A DNA stretch of 63,878 nucleotides, the filler included, from Choristocarpus tenellus KU-1152 (lineage: Eukaryota > Protista > Phaeophyceae), in NCBI GenBank assembly GCA_964200185.2. It is 9 parts of 9 records of this genome, joined end to end, with 100 filler letters (N's around TTAATTAATTAA, not from the genome) between each part and the next. Parts side by side here need not be neighbours in the genome. Positions count along the whole stretch, not along the records: positions 35,338 to 40,603 come from CAXNAD020011313.1; positions 40,704 to 46,570 come from CAXNAD020009556.1; positions 46,671 to 49,625 come from CAXNAD020023388.1; positions 49,726 to 56,826 come from CAXNAD020006698.1; 5 more parts are not named here. The stretch is one strand, 5' to 3'. Of this stretch, positions 38,323 through 50,482 are shown piece after piece. The position numbers and the translations under genes are program-made. Each line of letters opens with the position of its first letter. Position 1 is the stretch's first letter. Under the pieces are notes generated by a model. That model did not search any database. It was not told the origin of the DNA and saw only the letters and a list, made by a program, of their open reading frames with translations.

Positions 38323-38478
38323 CTTGCGGAAACAATGTGTTTTCAACTTTGTACATAATCTATGTGTCACTATACAAAGAATTCTTTCTATTCCCTGACC
38401 TTCATTGACTCCCGCACAATGCACATTGCACGCACATATACACAGATGAATGGTGTCATGGGGGCTATCTTTAGATTG

Positions 38479-39233
38479 TCATAATAAACTGACCCCAACC
38501 GTAATGGTCAGCAGGTGAGGCTGACGTTTCACCACCATGCAGGTTAGATTAGTTCCAAGCAATGTCAGGAGGGTTGGGTTAATTCTAGCACAAAGAACAT
38601 TTGGATTGCCATCCTGGACTGACGATGCTGGCGACCACACATAATGTGACATGTCCATCGACTTATCTCCACAAATTGGTCCACCTGAGGACACCAAGAG
38701 TGCCAAGAAGGATAATCTTTGGTGTGACAATTTCTGGACGAGGCTGTCACGCTCCAGAATCAACGTGAGTTTAATATTGAGGTGAAGATATACTGCTGAA
38801 GTGAAATGTTTTGGTCGTCAGTCTCCAGATCTACAGTGATGCATGTGTTATTACACACTCGCGGCTCAGTTTGCATCTGCAGGTTGATCTGTCAAGGCCA
38901 CTGAATCAGGGTATTGCCTTGAGGGGACAAGATTCAACTGGAAGTGGTTCATCCGTAAGACGAATGTGTGTGTCTTTTATCATTTTTGTCTCAGTATGTT
39001 GGCAATTTGCCTGCATACCTTCATCAGCAAGCACCCCCTTCAGCTCCAAGTAAAATATCGAGAGTGGGTATCATTGGATCGTGCCAGCAGGTTGGAATCA
39101 ATCTTGGATTACAGTCACCTGTGCGGGCCTGTTCTTGCCACGGGCCGGACGCCAAATCAATCGCGATCAGATTGTTGCCCTGTTGTGCACAAATACCTCT
39201 GGAAAACACTAAACAGTTGAGCATAGCTTTCAC
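38479..39233 (-). pseudogene. Possible decayed tyrosine-recombinase (DIRS/Ngaro/Crypton-like) fragment
   Basis: TKMIKD..LPVESCPLKAI resembles the KTD..CPVxAL segment of YR elements; otherwise degraded. Confidence 0.25.
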
Positions 39234-39996
39234 AACTGACTTCTTCTTTCTCCTTTTCCCCTCACCCTCAGAAGATTAACGACAGAATAGCGAAGGAGAT
39301 ACTCGCAATGCAAAAAAGGAAGCCCAGGAAGGTGGACTCACACTATGTGTTCTGGTAGGTTCTCAGCTCACTTGTCCTCCTTTATCAAGCATAGCAACAA
39401 CAAAGAGAGGATAGGAGAAGATTGCGGGAAGTACTGTGCGAAATGCGGGACGTCTGGAGGGGAGAGTAGAGTGCAGTGATCACAAAGTCAGAGGTAGGGT
39501 AGATAGGGATAGCGACAAATTCGGAGTTTGGGGTCCAAAACACATATATACACGTATCTACTAGTAATAGTACCTTGTACCCCTAGTACGTAATACATAC
39601 TCTGCAAATATTTTTCTGTATTCTACAATGCCCTCACAAGTGATGAAACTCCGCACTCACGTGGCAGATGCAGTCCCCTGGGAAAGGAGGCGAAGGAACA
39701 AAGATCTCCCAGCAAGGAAATCAACATAGTCAAGGTATACCCATGAAGTTTGCCTACTCAATGGCACAAAGGATTTTGAAATTTTCATCGAACACCCTAT
39801 CACGTAATACGACAACCCTCCCAACCATCAGCCGTGGCAAAATTACCAACTACATACCAAGAAATCGAGACCAAAAAACTACTACTCCAGAGTATGTAGT
39901 GACTAGGTTAACCTGATTTGTATAGACAGGGCTATTCATCTTGCTTCACCACTGATTCGCAGCATAGGAAGAATGAACCTCCTTCCGTACTTGAAA

Positions 39997-40165
39997 GACC
40001 CAAAGTATCTGGGGGGGGACACCAGGGCGTCCATTTGGGGGAAAACCAGGAAAAGTGCACTTACATTATCCATCCAACATATGCAACCAAATCACCCAAA
40101 AATTGCGACGTGGAAAAATGGGCCCCAAATGGACACCCACCACCCCCCTACAGATACGTTGAGCC
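39997..40165. mobile_element. Class B MITE (169 bp), TSD AAA
   Basis: AAA|GACCCAAAGTATCTGGGG...CAGATACGTTGAGCC|AAA. Confidence 0.9.
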
Positions 40166-40433
40166 AAATCGTCATAATAGTCGAGGATGCAAACCAGTAC
40201 ACAGGAAAAATAGTGTTGTTTTGTTGATTATTGTTGGAATATTGCTACTCTGACTACAATCCATAGTAGGTTGGTCACGTAACATAATGGGGTGTTTGAT
40301 TTTTCCATAACGAAATTTGAATGTAACGAACATGTCTATGTCCAATGTGGAATACTCGATATTTCATACCTGTGCAATATAGACTGATAGTCTATATGGT
40401 TTATACGCATTTAGTGAACACCACTAGACAAGA

Positions 40434-40514
40434 GGAATGTTGGCTAAGTGGAATAAGTGGCATCGACTTTTGTTAGTGTGTGTGAAGTAATGAGTTCGAA
40501 TCTCAAATGTTCGG
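40434..40514 (+). pseudogene. tRNA-like relic or tRNA-derived SINE head
   Basis: A box TGGCTAAGTGG, B box/T-arm TGAG-TTCGAAT-CTCA, partial acceptor pairing GGAATGT/ATGTTCG; anticodon arm not foldable. Confidence 0.55.
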
Positions 40515-40837
40515 TTTCTTATTACTTGATATAAGTGGACAGTTGGAGGAGTTCTGACATAGTATCTACACAGGATAAGTGACATAGTACGATGTAACGG
40601 CAGNNNNNNNNNNNNNNNNNNNNNNNNNNNNNNNNNNNNNNNNNNNNTTAATTAATTAANNNNNNNNNNNNNNNNNNNNNNNNNNNNNNNNNNNNNNNNN
40701 NNNCCTATGGGAAGCCAAGCCCCAAATGGACAAACAGGGCAAACCTCGTACCCTCTAAGATACTTCCACCCTAGAGTAGAACGGAGGGCATAGGACGCAT
40801 AGGTGTCTTGGCTCATACAACCCGCCATTGGCCCACA

Positions 40838-43800
40838 TCACATTCCTTCATTGCCTAAACTTTGGGTTTGTGTTTTTTTTTCTTGATGGAAGATCTGCAA
40901 TTTGAAGGGTGGCGGGAAAGGGCGGTGAAAAGACCCTGTCTCGGATACTGGACGGTTGGTGTTGCCATTTGTCCACGATGTGCTGCACCTCCTCTCCATC
41001 CCAGTGTGACTAAGTGTGCACCTGTGCAATCAGACACTAGGGCAGCAATCCCCAAGTTAACCCATTACCCGGGCTTCGTGCTCTATATTGTAGTATCGGG
41101 GAAAATAATTCTCTGTTGGCACAGACACATGGTTTCAAAACCACCCTGGTTCCTGAATTAATCTCACCACTGGTAGTAGTCAATATGAATGCCAGGGTTG
41201 CTCGTTGCCAAACCTTGATTTCTCCCACCAATCCTTGCCATGAGCATACCATGGCAAGAGTTGATTTATGGAGAGAACCGCCTGCTCACCTTGATCTCTG
41301 CCAGGATCTCGTTTTGACCCCGAGGATTTCTATCCACTTCTTGCTGCGCCATTGGCAGTTGAAGGTTGAGGAATTGCCCCGCCTCTCCCCCAAAGCCATC
41401 CATTGTTGTAGTCATGTAACTGCAGACCTCCTTGGCCGCCTTCATCTGAACAGTGAGGTTCAAATAGTGGCACTCAGACCGAATAATGATGGAGGCACGA
41501 TGTCCATATTCTGGGGACCAAAGCTAGAGCACACTCTTGATTGGGTGTAGATTCAAGTGTGCTGAGGATATCAATTACTCTCGCTGAGGAGTGGGAATCA
41601 CCGTGCGATAGAGGACCAGGTACATGGGCAGGGGTGCAAAAATGCTGACTGCTGCAGGCAGGACGAGTCATAGAGATATTGCCTAGCACGTGCATACTCT
41701 GCTTGATCAAGTTTGTACTGGTCGAGTCCATAGACTCCAGAGTACGCAGTACCGATCACACCAATACATGTTTTCACACTACACATTGCAGACTTGCCTC
41801 GACCACATCGCCATTTTTATTGTCTGACTGTCTGCTGAGAATGATCCCTTGGACTTGGACCATCCGTCCTAGGAGGACAAGGCCTCTGTCTGCCTTCTCC
41901 ATCCGCTCGTTTCCTTTGTTCAATAACAAGTGAAGGGCAGTAAGTACAGCTGGAACACCGCCTCCCAAGTTGGCCAACACCTCAAGGAAGTTGAAAGCCA
42001 CCCCTATGTCCTCGTTGCTCAACTGTATTTTGATAGCCAGCGTGGGGGTGAAGGAGGAGGGGTATCGGGGCGAGAAGTGAGTTGTTAAGCTCTATATAAG
42101 GTTCACATTTGGCACATAAATACCCTGACCTCAACCCGGAAAGGGAAACAGATCTGTCCACACAGTAGTATGCCAACTTACTGATGGCTCCCTAATACAG
42201 TCAGGATGGAGGTTTTGACATTGGGTCAGATACGTAGGAAAAGACCTGGGAAAGATCGCCATATTGAGATTTGGACGTTGGAGTTTTGAACCTTTAAACC
42301 TTTGATGCTTCTCCCAGACAAGAAAAAAAAAAGATCCACCCACCTCTGCTTGTACCCCTGTGATCCTGCTCTTTTGCTTGGCATCTTTTAGCTTGACGAG
42401 GATGTCATTGAGGATTTGGGGATCGAATGCAACCCCAAGGGCAAGGGAGTACATGGTAGCACGAGGTGCACAGTTGCCTTCACCCCTTATCCCCAGAACA
42501 ATCTTTCCCAGTCGCCATTCCAAACCTGGGCAACCCGGACCGCCTGACCAGCTCTCTGGGAGACGGATCTCCTCGATATCCTGAGAGCAGGGGAGGGACT
42601 GAGAGGTATAGTAGGTACTTGAAGCTTTCACAAGCCGAATAGACAAAGTATTTATGGTGCAACACCTTCAAGTGTAGCAAAATGGCCCTGGTTTTTCATC
42701 TGCTACACTTTACCATCCGATCGCTTAATCTCTAACATACATGCGTGCTCTCACATTGCCTACACTATGCAAATATGTTGTGCGGGTACATTACCTCTTA
42801 ATAGATCTCAAATTCGTGGACATAAAGTTCTAGCCTCATTTGGGCAGCCCGAGCAACTGGTGTTTGTCAAAATTGGAAACATTACAAACTTTTGAAACAC
42901 GTCTCTTCTCCACGGGCAGAGCATGCCACATCATGCCAACAACATCGAGTTGCTGCCTGTGAGCAGGAGTAGGGAACGCAAATCAGATGTATTGCAACTT
43001 CCCTGCACTTGGTCGTCCGCCTGAAAGGAGATGCAATCTAATCCTTGGTGGGGACACACGTTTCCTTGGTTCCACTGAACCCTGGAGTATGAGTCAGAGA
43101 GGGACACTTGATTTCCAATGCCACTGCTGTAGGTTGCTCCATCTCAACTGGATAAGCACCATGCCAAATTTTCGAGACTTGTGCGGTAATGGAACTCCAG
43201 TCATTATCATGTTGAAAGCTAGACACAAAAACATAGACCACCAGGCTTCCCATTCGAACTTCTTGGGTACAAGTACCTGGAGGTCCCTGCCCGGTTGTTG
43301 GTCCTCCACCTGTCCCCGTTGCTGGACCTCTTGCTTCATATCGTTAAACTCCTGCTTTTGCATTTGTCGCTTCGCCCTCTGCTCTTTCTCGAGTAGCTCT
43401 TTCTCCTCCTCCTCCCGCGCCTGCCGAGCCTCCTTGTCTTTCTCATATTGCCGTTGCTGTTGTTCCAGCAGGCTGTACACCTTCTCGGTGTCCTGGAGCT
43501 CCTGCTCCTCCACCTCCAGGCGCTGCCGCTGGTGCAAGATAAGCAACCTTTCTCTGAGCTCCAGGTCCTGTTCAGAGCGCCTCTCCTTCTTCCTCCTCTG
43601 CACTAGCAGGAAATCGTTCCTCTCCTGCTCTTGCCGTCGCTCGCGCTGTTGGTGATGAAGGTGCTTCATCTCAGCTTCCTGCAATAATAGGGCTTGGCGG
43701 CGCTCCTTCAGCCTTTCTCTTTCATTACAGATCTCATTCACCCGCTCCTGATTAACATTTGGTGGTGGGCTCACCTGGCAGGGTTATACCGGTCCCCGTC

Positions 43801-45065
43801 CAAGTCAGAGGATACAAAATGAAGAAAGCGTGGGCTTTGCTCGTTTCAAACATCAACACACCAGTGGGGCTTGAAGAGATGTAGGGTGTGCACACTTCCC
43901 CTTCAAGTACACGGTAAGGCGAGAACCTGAATGCAATTGGAAATGCCCATTCTGCACAATGGCCCCAACCCCTTGCATAGGACAATTTCGCAAGCAGGGA
44001 AGCTCCATCTACAGCTTTACTACCACTGGGGAAGGGTGCCTGTAAAGGTGACATTTCTGCATCTTTGTTTTAGTGAAGGCATGAGTCATGAATGGACTGA
44101 TAAAAAGGGCACAACTCCATCCCAAACAGATATCTATCTACAAGCACTTTCAATGAACGGGGCTTGCAACACAATTCTGCATAAGACATTCCACCAATGG
44201 AGCAGTGAGAACCCCACTGAGAAGCTGAGAAAGTGGCATGCACTACAGTGTCTACCTAGAAGGAGCGCATTTTTGTCCTACCACACACTGTGGAGTACAT
44301 GGCTGAACGAGGAGTTGTGGCATGAGGATATACGTGAGAGCCAACACATTCAGGACTGCGTAGCATAGATAAGGATAAAAAATAACTTGCTGGAGAGTTG
44401 TCACATACCTCCCCATCTCCCTTACTGCTCTGCCGAGCCAGAAGAAAACCTTTAGATTTCTGGAAGTAGTACTCCAATCTGATTTTCCCACACTCCCGTT
44501 TAAGCATTTCGCGCTCCTCATTGAGATAGTTGAGACGAATGTGTCGAAGCTCCACTGCGCTTTGCATCATCACCTGGTGGTGCCAGCGATCTTGTTGCTC
44601 AGCCTCTTCTGCATGTAGCTCCGCATCATTCTCCTGCACAATCTCATACTCTCGAAGGTGTTTCTCTCGCAAGAGGAGAAGTTCCCACTCCTGTTGGGAA
44701 CACAGGTTTTGGGCATCTCGGATGGCCTGCTCACCAACACATTCGTCCTGCGTGAGAGGTTCCCTTCTCCTCTGTGCCCTAGCTGCGCTCTCTTGTCGCA
44801 ATTGTCCCAGTTTAAGGAACTTGTGGTGCCAGCTGCCAAATTTCTCATGGAGTGAGTCTGCATCATTGTGGACACTAGGCAAGGTCAGGTAATGCCTCTT
44901 TCCGGTCCCAGAAGAGGTTGCTCCTTGCACAGGCTTGGAGGGGTTGGTGCTGCCCATGATACTCGTCACCGCCTGCCTGACTGCAGAGCACCCTGCACCC
45001 GGTTCCTTCCAATGCGTTGCCAAGATCAGTGGCGCAGACAATAATGGGAAAACCTTAGACATCAT
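40838..45065 (-). mobile_element. Decayed intronless element: two E/Q/R-rich coiled coils, PHD-like finger, OTU-like and possibly Ulp1-like protease relics
   Basis: ORFs 44256-45065 and 43094-43774 (coiled coil); HVC..DRMVKCSR*K..HLK..FVYSAC (about 42630-42760); IRGEGNCAPRA (42458-42490); many stops and frameshifts; no transposase seen. Confidence 0.5.
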
Positions 45066-47137
45066 GTGTGAGATCAGTGCATTGGAAAGGGAGAGGATTC
45101 CACCTCAGTCTGGAGTGTCCGCTAGGTTGAACCCCGTCGCAAAAGGTATTTCTAGGGAGGGAATAGGAGTGACTTGTCACAAGGACAGTACATGTTGCTA
45201 CTCCCTCTAGACAGAATTTTCCACACGGCAATACTGTGTCTTCTTTTTTTTTTGAAAAAATTGTGGTCACCCCCACTCTATGCTTCTTTTCCATGGGGAG
45301 TGTACTCCTCAGGTATTTGGCTTACCCCTCCTAATATTGGCCATGAGGCACATTCAAGGTTGTTGAGAGCACCGTCCTTGGGTTGAGATTGGCATTTTTT
45401 CGCCACGGTTGCTAACCCACAATCTCGTTTGGGTGATTCCTTTCTTGCCCGTGGAAAACACCGTAGATTCTCTCATAAAAATACACTATCATTCTTTCAC
45501 TCAAGAGGAGACATTACCTGCGCTTGTTCTTCCAGTCGTCGTTTGCGACGTTTCACCGGTAGTACAGATGTAGGTGCGGCTGATGAAGGTGTAGTTGACA
45601 GAGTACCGCCCGAGGCTTGCTGGGGAAGCGAAGGTTGGTGTGTCCACATTGTCGACACCTGAGCTGCTACTGGTGGGACCATCGATATATGATGATAGTG
45701 TAGGAACTGCAATACCTGTGCCTGATGGGTGGAGTGGTGGTGGACATTGTGCGGATGGATTGGATTGGACTGTACTGTTAACTGGTGCACATCTTCACAC
45801 ACGTCGCGGTGTGTGCATGTATATATACATACATATATATATATATATTAGCTGTGAGTGTGTAAACTGCTCTGCTGGAAGGATTGACTGTTTTTTTTTC
45901 ATACTAGAGTATCCAATCATGTCTCTCACACCACAACATGGTTTGGATCACTTTAATAATAATCTGATTCAGGTAGGAGAGAATAACATTGGCATTTACT
46001 GGCATTGACCCTAGTAACAGGTGTCCTTACAATACTATAATAATATAAGGATAGTGCAGGGATTGATGGTCTCCATATATAATATTGGCTTGGTATTGAT
46101 GATAGTGTGTCGGGATAAAAAACAATTACTCAAGTCTAAATAAAGGATGCTGAACAGAGGTGGACCGCGGTGAGGCAGGTCAACCTAGGTTCACCAGTTC
46201 TGGCAGGAGAGAGAGTTTAACCCGTACAGAGGAGTCGGTGATGAAGGTTTGTGCTGTGCATGGTCAAGCAGGACAGCACACAACGAGATATCTTAGCTTG
46301 TTGCACAGTTCTTGAGGTCTGAAAATGACCCCATCACACTGATCGCGATAGCTAACCTTGGTATTGGCATCCAACGATGGAGTGTGACCAAAAAGGGGCG
46401 ACAAAATAACCGAAGACGATCACTTGACCAACTGGTGGATGACACTTCCATTTTGACGTAAACAACTTTGGGATAGTAGTTGTGGTTTGGAGCGCCAGCC
46501 ATTCTATTTTCTGTGTGGGTTTTATTTTTCATGGATCAAAGTATCTTGGGGGGGGGGTGGTTTGTGTGGGNNNNNNNNNNNNNNNNNNNNNNNNNNNNNN
46601 NNNNNNNNNNNNNNTTAATTAATTAANNNNNNNNNNNNNNNNNNNNNNNNNNNNNNNNNNNNNNNNNNNNTGAAACCATTTTGAAAAACAAGGTATATAA
46701 ATAAAGTAATAAAGTAATCATCCGGGTGAAATGTAATCTTTCCTTTTTTTTTTTCAGGAAAAGAAAACTGAAGGTGCCGTTTTTCATTGAATTTGTGTTC
46801 CTAAAAAAACTAAAAAAAGAGTGGTCCACTGGTAATTTGATTAGTTGATTGTAAGACCTTGAGAAGGGAGAACCAATGGTATTTAACCAATTGCTTGAAG
46901 AAAAAAAAAGTAAAAAAGGAACATGGTGAAGGTGATGGCCGAGACAGAACTATGGTGTAAACACAGTCAAAACAACTCACCACTCTATTGCGCATGCAAT
47001 GCAACCTCCCTCCCCCAATATATATACTCCTTCCTCCTTCCTCCTCACTATATACATTCTTCCTCTTTTTGGTCCTTCACTCAACCTGAAAAGTGTAAAA
47101 ACAACTTTTTGTTTGTCCCCGTTTTGTACGGCCCTCG

Positions 47138-47240
47138 AAAATAATAATAATAATAGTAATAATAATAATATCAATAATAATAATAATAATATCGTTAAAA
47201 CTAATAATATCGATAATAATAATAATAATTACTATTATTT
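47138..47240. repeat. (AAT)n microsatellite upstream of CH exon
   Basis: Imperfect AAT run. Confidence 0.9.
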
Positions 47241-47267
47241 ATAAATATGCTGCCGTTATCAATACAG

Positions 47268-47525
47268 TGTTACTCTGCAAAGTGGTGAATGTGATCCAGC
47301 CTGGCATTGTCCCTCGAATCAGCACAGTGGATGCGCCTTTTCCACAGATGGAGAACATATCCGCCTTCCTGATGGCGTGCAGAACCTTGGGGGTGGCGGA
47401 TCACAGTTTATTTGAGACAGTACACCTCTTTGAGAAGAAGGATCTAGGCTTGGTGGTACGCTGCATCCATGTGCTGGCGGCCACTGTGCAGTCAACAGTG
47501 CCCACCTTTTCAGGTCCATTCCTGG
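47268..47525 (+). CDS. Internal exon of a calponin/transgelin-like calponin-homology domain protein
   Basis: CAG|..LLCKVVNVIQPGIV..PFPQMENISAFLMACRTLGVADHSLFETVHLFEKKDLGLVVRCIHVLA..GPFLG|GTAAG. Confidence 0.92.
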
Positions 47526-48224
47526 GTAAGCCCTCTCCCCTTCCCAACCCCTACCTTCTCTACCCCCCCCTTCGCTTACCCTGGTGTTTTCTGAACGATG
47601 TTGTTGTTGTACTATTTAATCCAGTATAATGAATGTTCTTAACATGGTATTATGTTCTTAATCCAGTGTAATGTTCTTAATTCAGTATTTCGTTCTTAGT
47701 ACAGTGTAGTGTAGTAGTGCTATTTTGCTCTTTCTCTGATCTTGAGTTAATTCTAGACCCCGCCTTCAAAGCACCAACCAAACTGAAAGTGCAGACATTG
47801 TTTGGGTAGATTATCTAGTGATAGGTGTAAGTGATGAATTGGTGACCATTGTAGATAGAAGGGCTGTATTTACTTGCGATATGATGCCGTGTAATTTTTG
47901 CTTGTATTAGGGTTAGGGCTAAGTCTTTGTCCTCCCTGTCACAACGCCTGCTAAAGGTGCAGTGGGCATAAAGTACACATAAAGTACACATTAAGTACAC
48001 ATCAGTATGGTCAACAGAGACACGTGGGAGTATAGGGTATGTGGTACAGAAGTTGAGTGCTACTTGGTGAAGCGTGTGATGGTGGAACAAACAGGGCACA
48101 AGCTTAGCTTCGCTTGGTATATAGGTATATAGGTATATAGATATATAGGTATATAGATGTTTGACATCTCACGGTGGGATTGTGTGTGACAACTCGGGGG
48201 TGTACCTTTCCTGGTGCCATACTT

Positions 48225-48379
48225 GGTGCAATGTGTAATTGTGGGTTAGGGTTAGGGTTAGGGATACGCCTGTCTGGGTTGTGGTGTCTTGTGACTGATT
48301 GGAGGTTTTCTGAATGATTCTCAAATCGTAGCAAAACCTGGAGACTGGTCAGCGGCTCGTTCGAAACCTAGTTGCACCA
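48225..48379 (+). pseudogene. tRNA-like relic with TTAGGG expansion in the D-loop region and a long central insert
   Basis: Perfect 7-bp acceptor stem GGTGCAA/TTGCACC+A; GTTCGAAAC B box at the expected distance from the 3' stem. Confidence 0.45.
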
Positions 48380-49560
48380 GCCTGCAGTTTTGTCCTCTAG
48401 AAGGTTCTTGTTATTGATCTGGATATTGCCCAAGATTACGCTCAAGACTTTATTGCTGTTGGTTTGTGCTGACTATGGTATTTGAATCTTCCTAGAGGTT
48501 GAAGTACTAGGTTGTGACTGAAAATGTGAAGGTCTGAAAATGTTACTAACATGATCATTTTTTTCTCATGTCCCCAGTCGCTGCAAGTCATCTCATTAAT
48601 ATAATAATAATAATATCTGGTAGTGTACATCAACTCACTCTAGTGCCTGTCCTGTTGTTGAATATTGTATTGCATTTTAAAAGAATAGAAAAATAGAGCC
48701 ATTTTTTTGTTTGTTTGTTATCAGACACACCACCCTGAGTGGGTTGTTTGTTTCAATTTTTTATTTCTTTGGTGCATTACGCGATTAAAAACGCACGAGA
48801 TTTTTCTTATTTATTTACTAGTTAATTTATTTTTGTGATACTTGGAGAACGGTTGTGTCGAAAATATTGTGTGACAGGAGTTGTGGTTATTTTTCAAATA
48901 CATTGAATTGGGCAGCGGCACTCAACACACAACTACACTGCAGAGTAGAATGGCCCCCTTCAGTCGGTGATTTTTTTTTACATGTTTCCCTTGGTTCTTG
49001 ATTGGACTCACCCGACTCTGAAAGCACTCTCCTGGTTTGTCGTTTCTCACCACACTCGTAGGTGAGGCGTTTTTGTATGTCTCCTTGGAAGTTGAGACAG
49101 ATCTTTGAAGTTGTCTCTGGTTCTCTTCCCCATTTTTTAAATGTACAGCTCAGTTCAATCGTTGAGGTCTGTCTCTCTCTACCTCTAGTGCAGCTGTGTA
49201 TGTCAGGCTTTCTGTTTTTTGCCAGCGTGGTACGCGTGCAATTCTCAGATGTTGCAGATGGGTTTTGGTGTGAATGGCATGTTGTACAGCTCCACCTCAT
49301 CAATGCATCCCAAGGTAGTCAGTCCCACAGCGGTATGCCTTGTTGAGGTGTGTTTAAGTGTTAAAAAGGGTGTTATATTGTACATAGTGATGCAAATGGT
49401 ATGTCAAGTTTTTTCCACAGTACTGGATATTTCAGCCATAAAATTTACTCTTGAAAGGACGAGCTATTCAGAAATATGGTATCTACCTTTCAGTGGACCT
49501 AATGCACTCATCAAGTTGAAGTCCACATCCTGTAGCCCATGTTCTTTAAGCCTGTTCTGC

Positions 49561-49594
<34 letters not shown>

Positions 49595-50482
49595 CACCCA
49601 CTGCGCCCACGCGGAAGGACGGGGGNNNNNNNNNNNNNNNNNNNNNNNNNNNNNNNNNNNNNNNNNNNNTTAATTAATTAANNNNNNNNNNNNNNNNNNN
49701 NNNNNNNNNNNNNNNNNNNNNNNNNAGTGACCACCGCACTCCTAACCGCTAGGACAAAATCCCTGGTGTTGGGGGAGGGGGGGGGGGGGAGGGGGGAGGG
49801 GGGAGGGATTGTTTGTCATGTCATATACTACAATACTGAAATATCATGTATGCAACTATGTGCTAGAATCAGAGTTTGCAAGTACTATTAGTATGATAAA
49901 TAGTACAAATAGGAGAGTCTTAGGCACCAGAACAGACAAGACCAAGACACCACACCAAACTCACCCAAAGTAAACAGCATAATCCCACCTACAAAAAAAA
50001 AAAAGAGAGATACTGATCAAAGGCACAAAAATTATTTGTACCAAAAATGACCTTTTAATGCCAAAGAAAATACTAAGAAACCCTAACCCTCATGTTCTTG
50101 AACTTCAACAATAGGTGGTTAGTTCTCCCTACAAAGGACCTTGAACCATGGTCCCTCTCTTGGATAATGATAATTCAAGAGACAATTATACCAAGTCGAT
50201 CAGCAGGTCAATTCAATTCCAAAAACAAACCCGGTAATCTCTTAAACTTTACACAACAGAAACCAAACACAGCCCCCCCCCCCCCCACACGCACACACAC
50301 CATAAAGCCAAACCATGCAACAACACAATCCTTTTGAACTTCTTGTACCCCAAGGGTTAGGGTCAGAGGAATGACCTCCAACTACATACACTTCAACACA
50401 CTGTACTTCCAGTCAATCAATCCTTCTAGAAAAATAAATCAAGGCTGAAAAAAAAACACAACATAACAATTTTGTCCTGCAC

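Noticed and set aside
40771-40815. Helitron 3' end (hairpin plus CTAG) for the OTU element
   Set aside because: Hairpin relies on several G-T pairs, the A|T target context is missing and no Rep/helicase is visible
45207-45476. Possible MITE bounded by TTTTCCAC(A/G)..GGCAA inverted repeats
   Set aside because: Imperfect IR, no TSD identified, no other copy in the window
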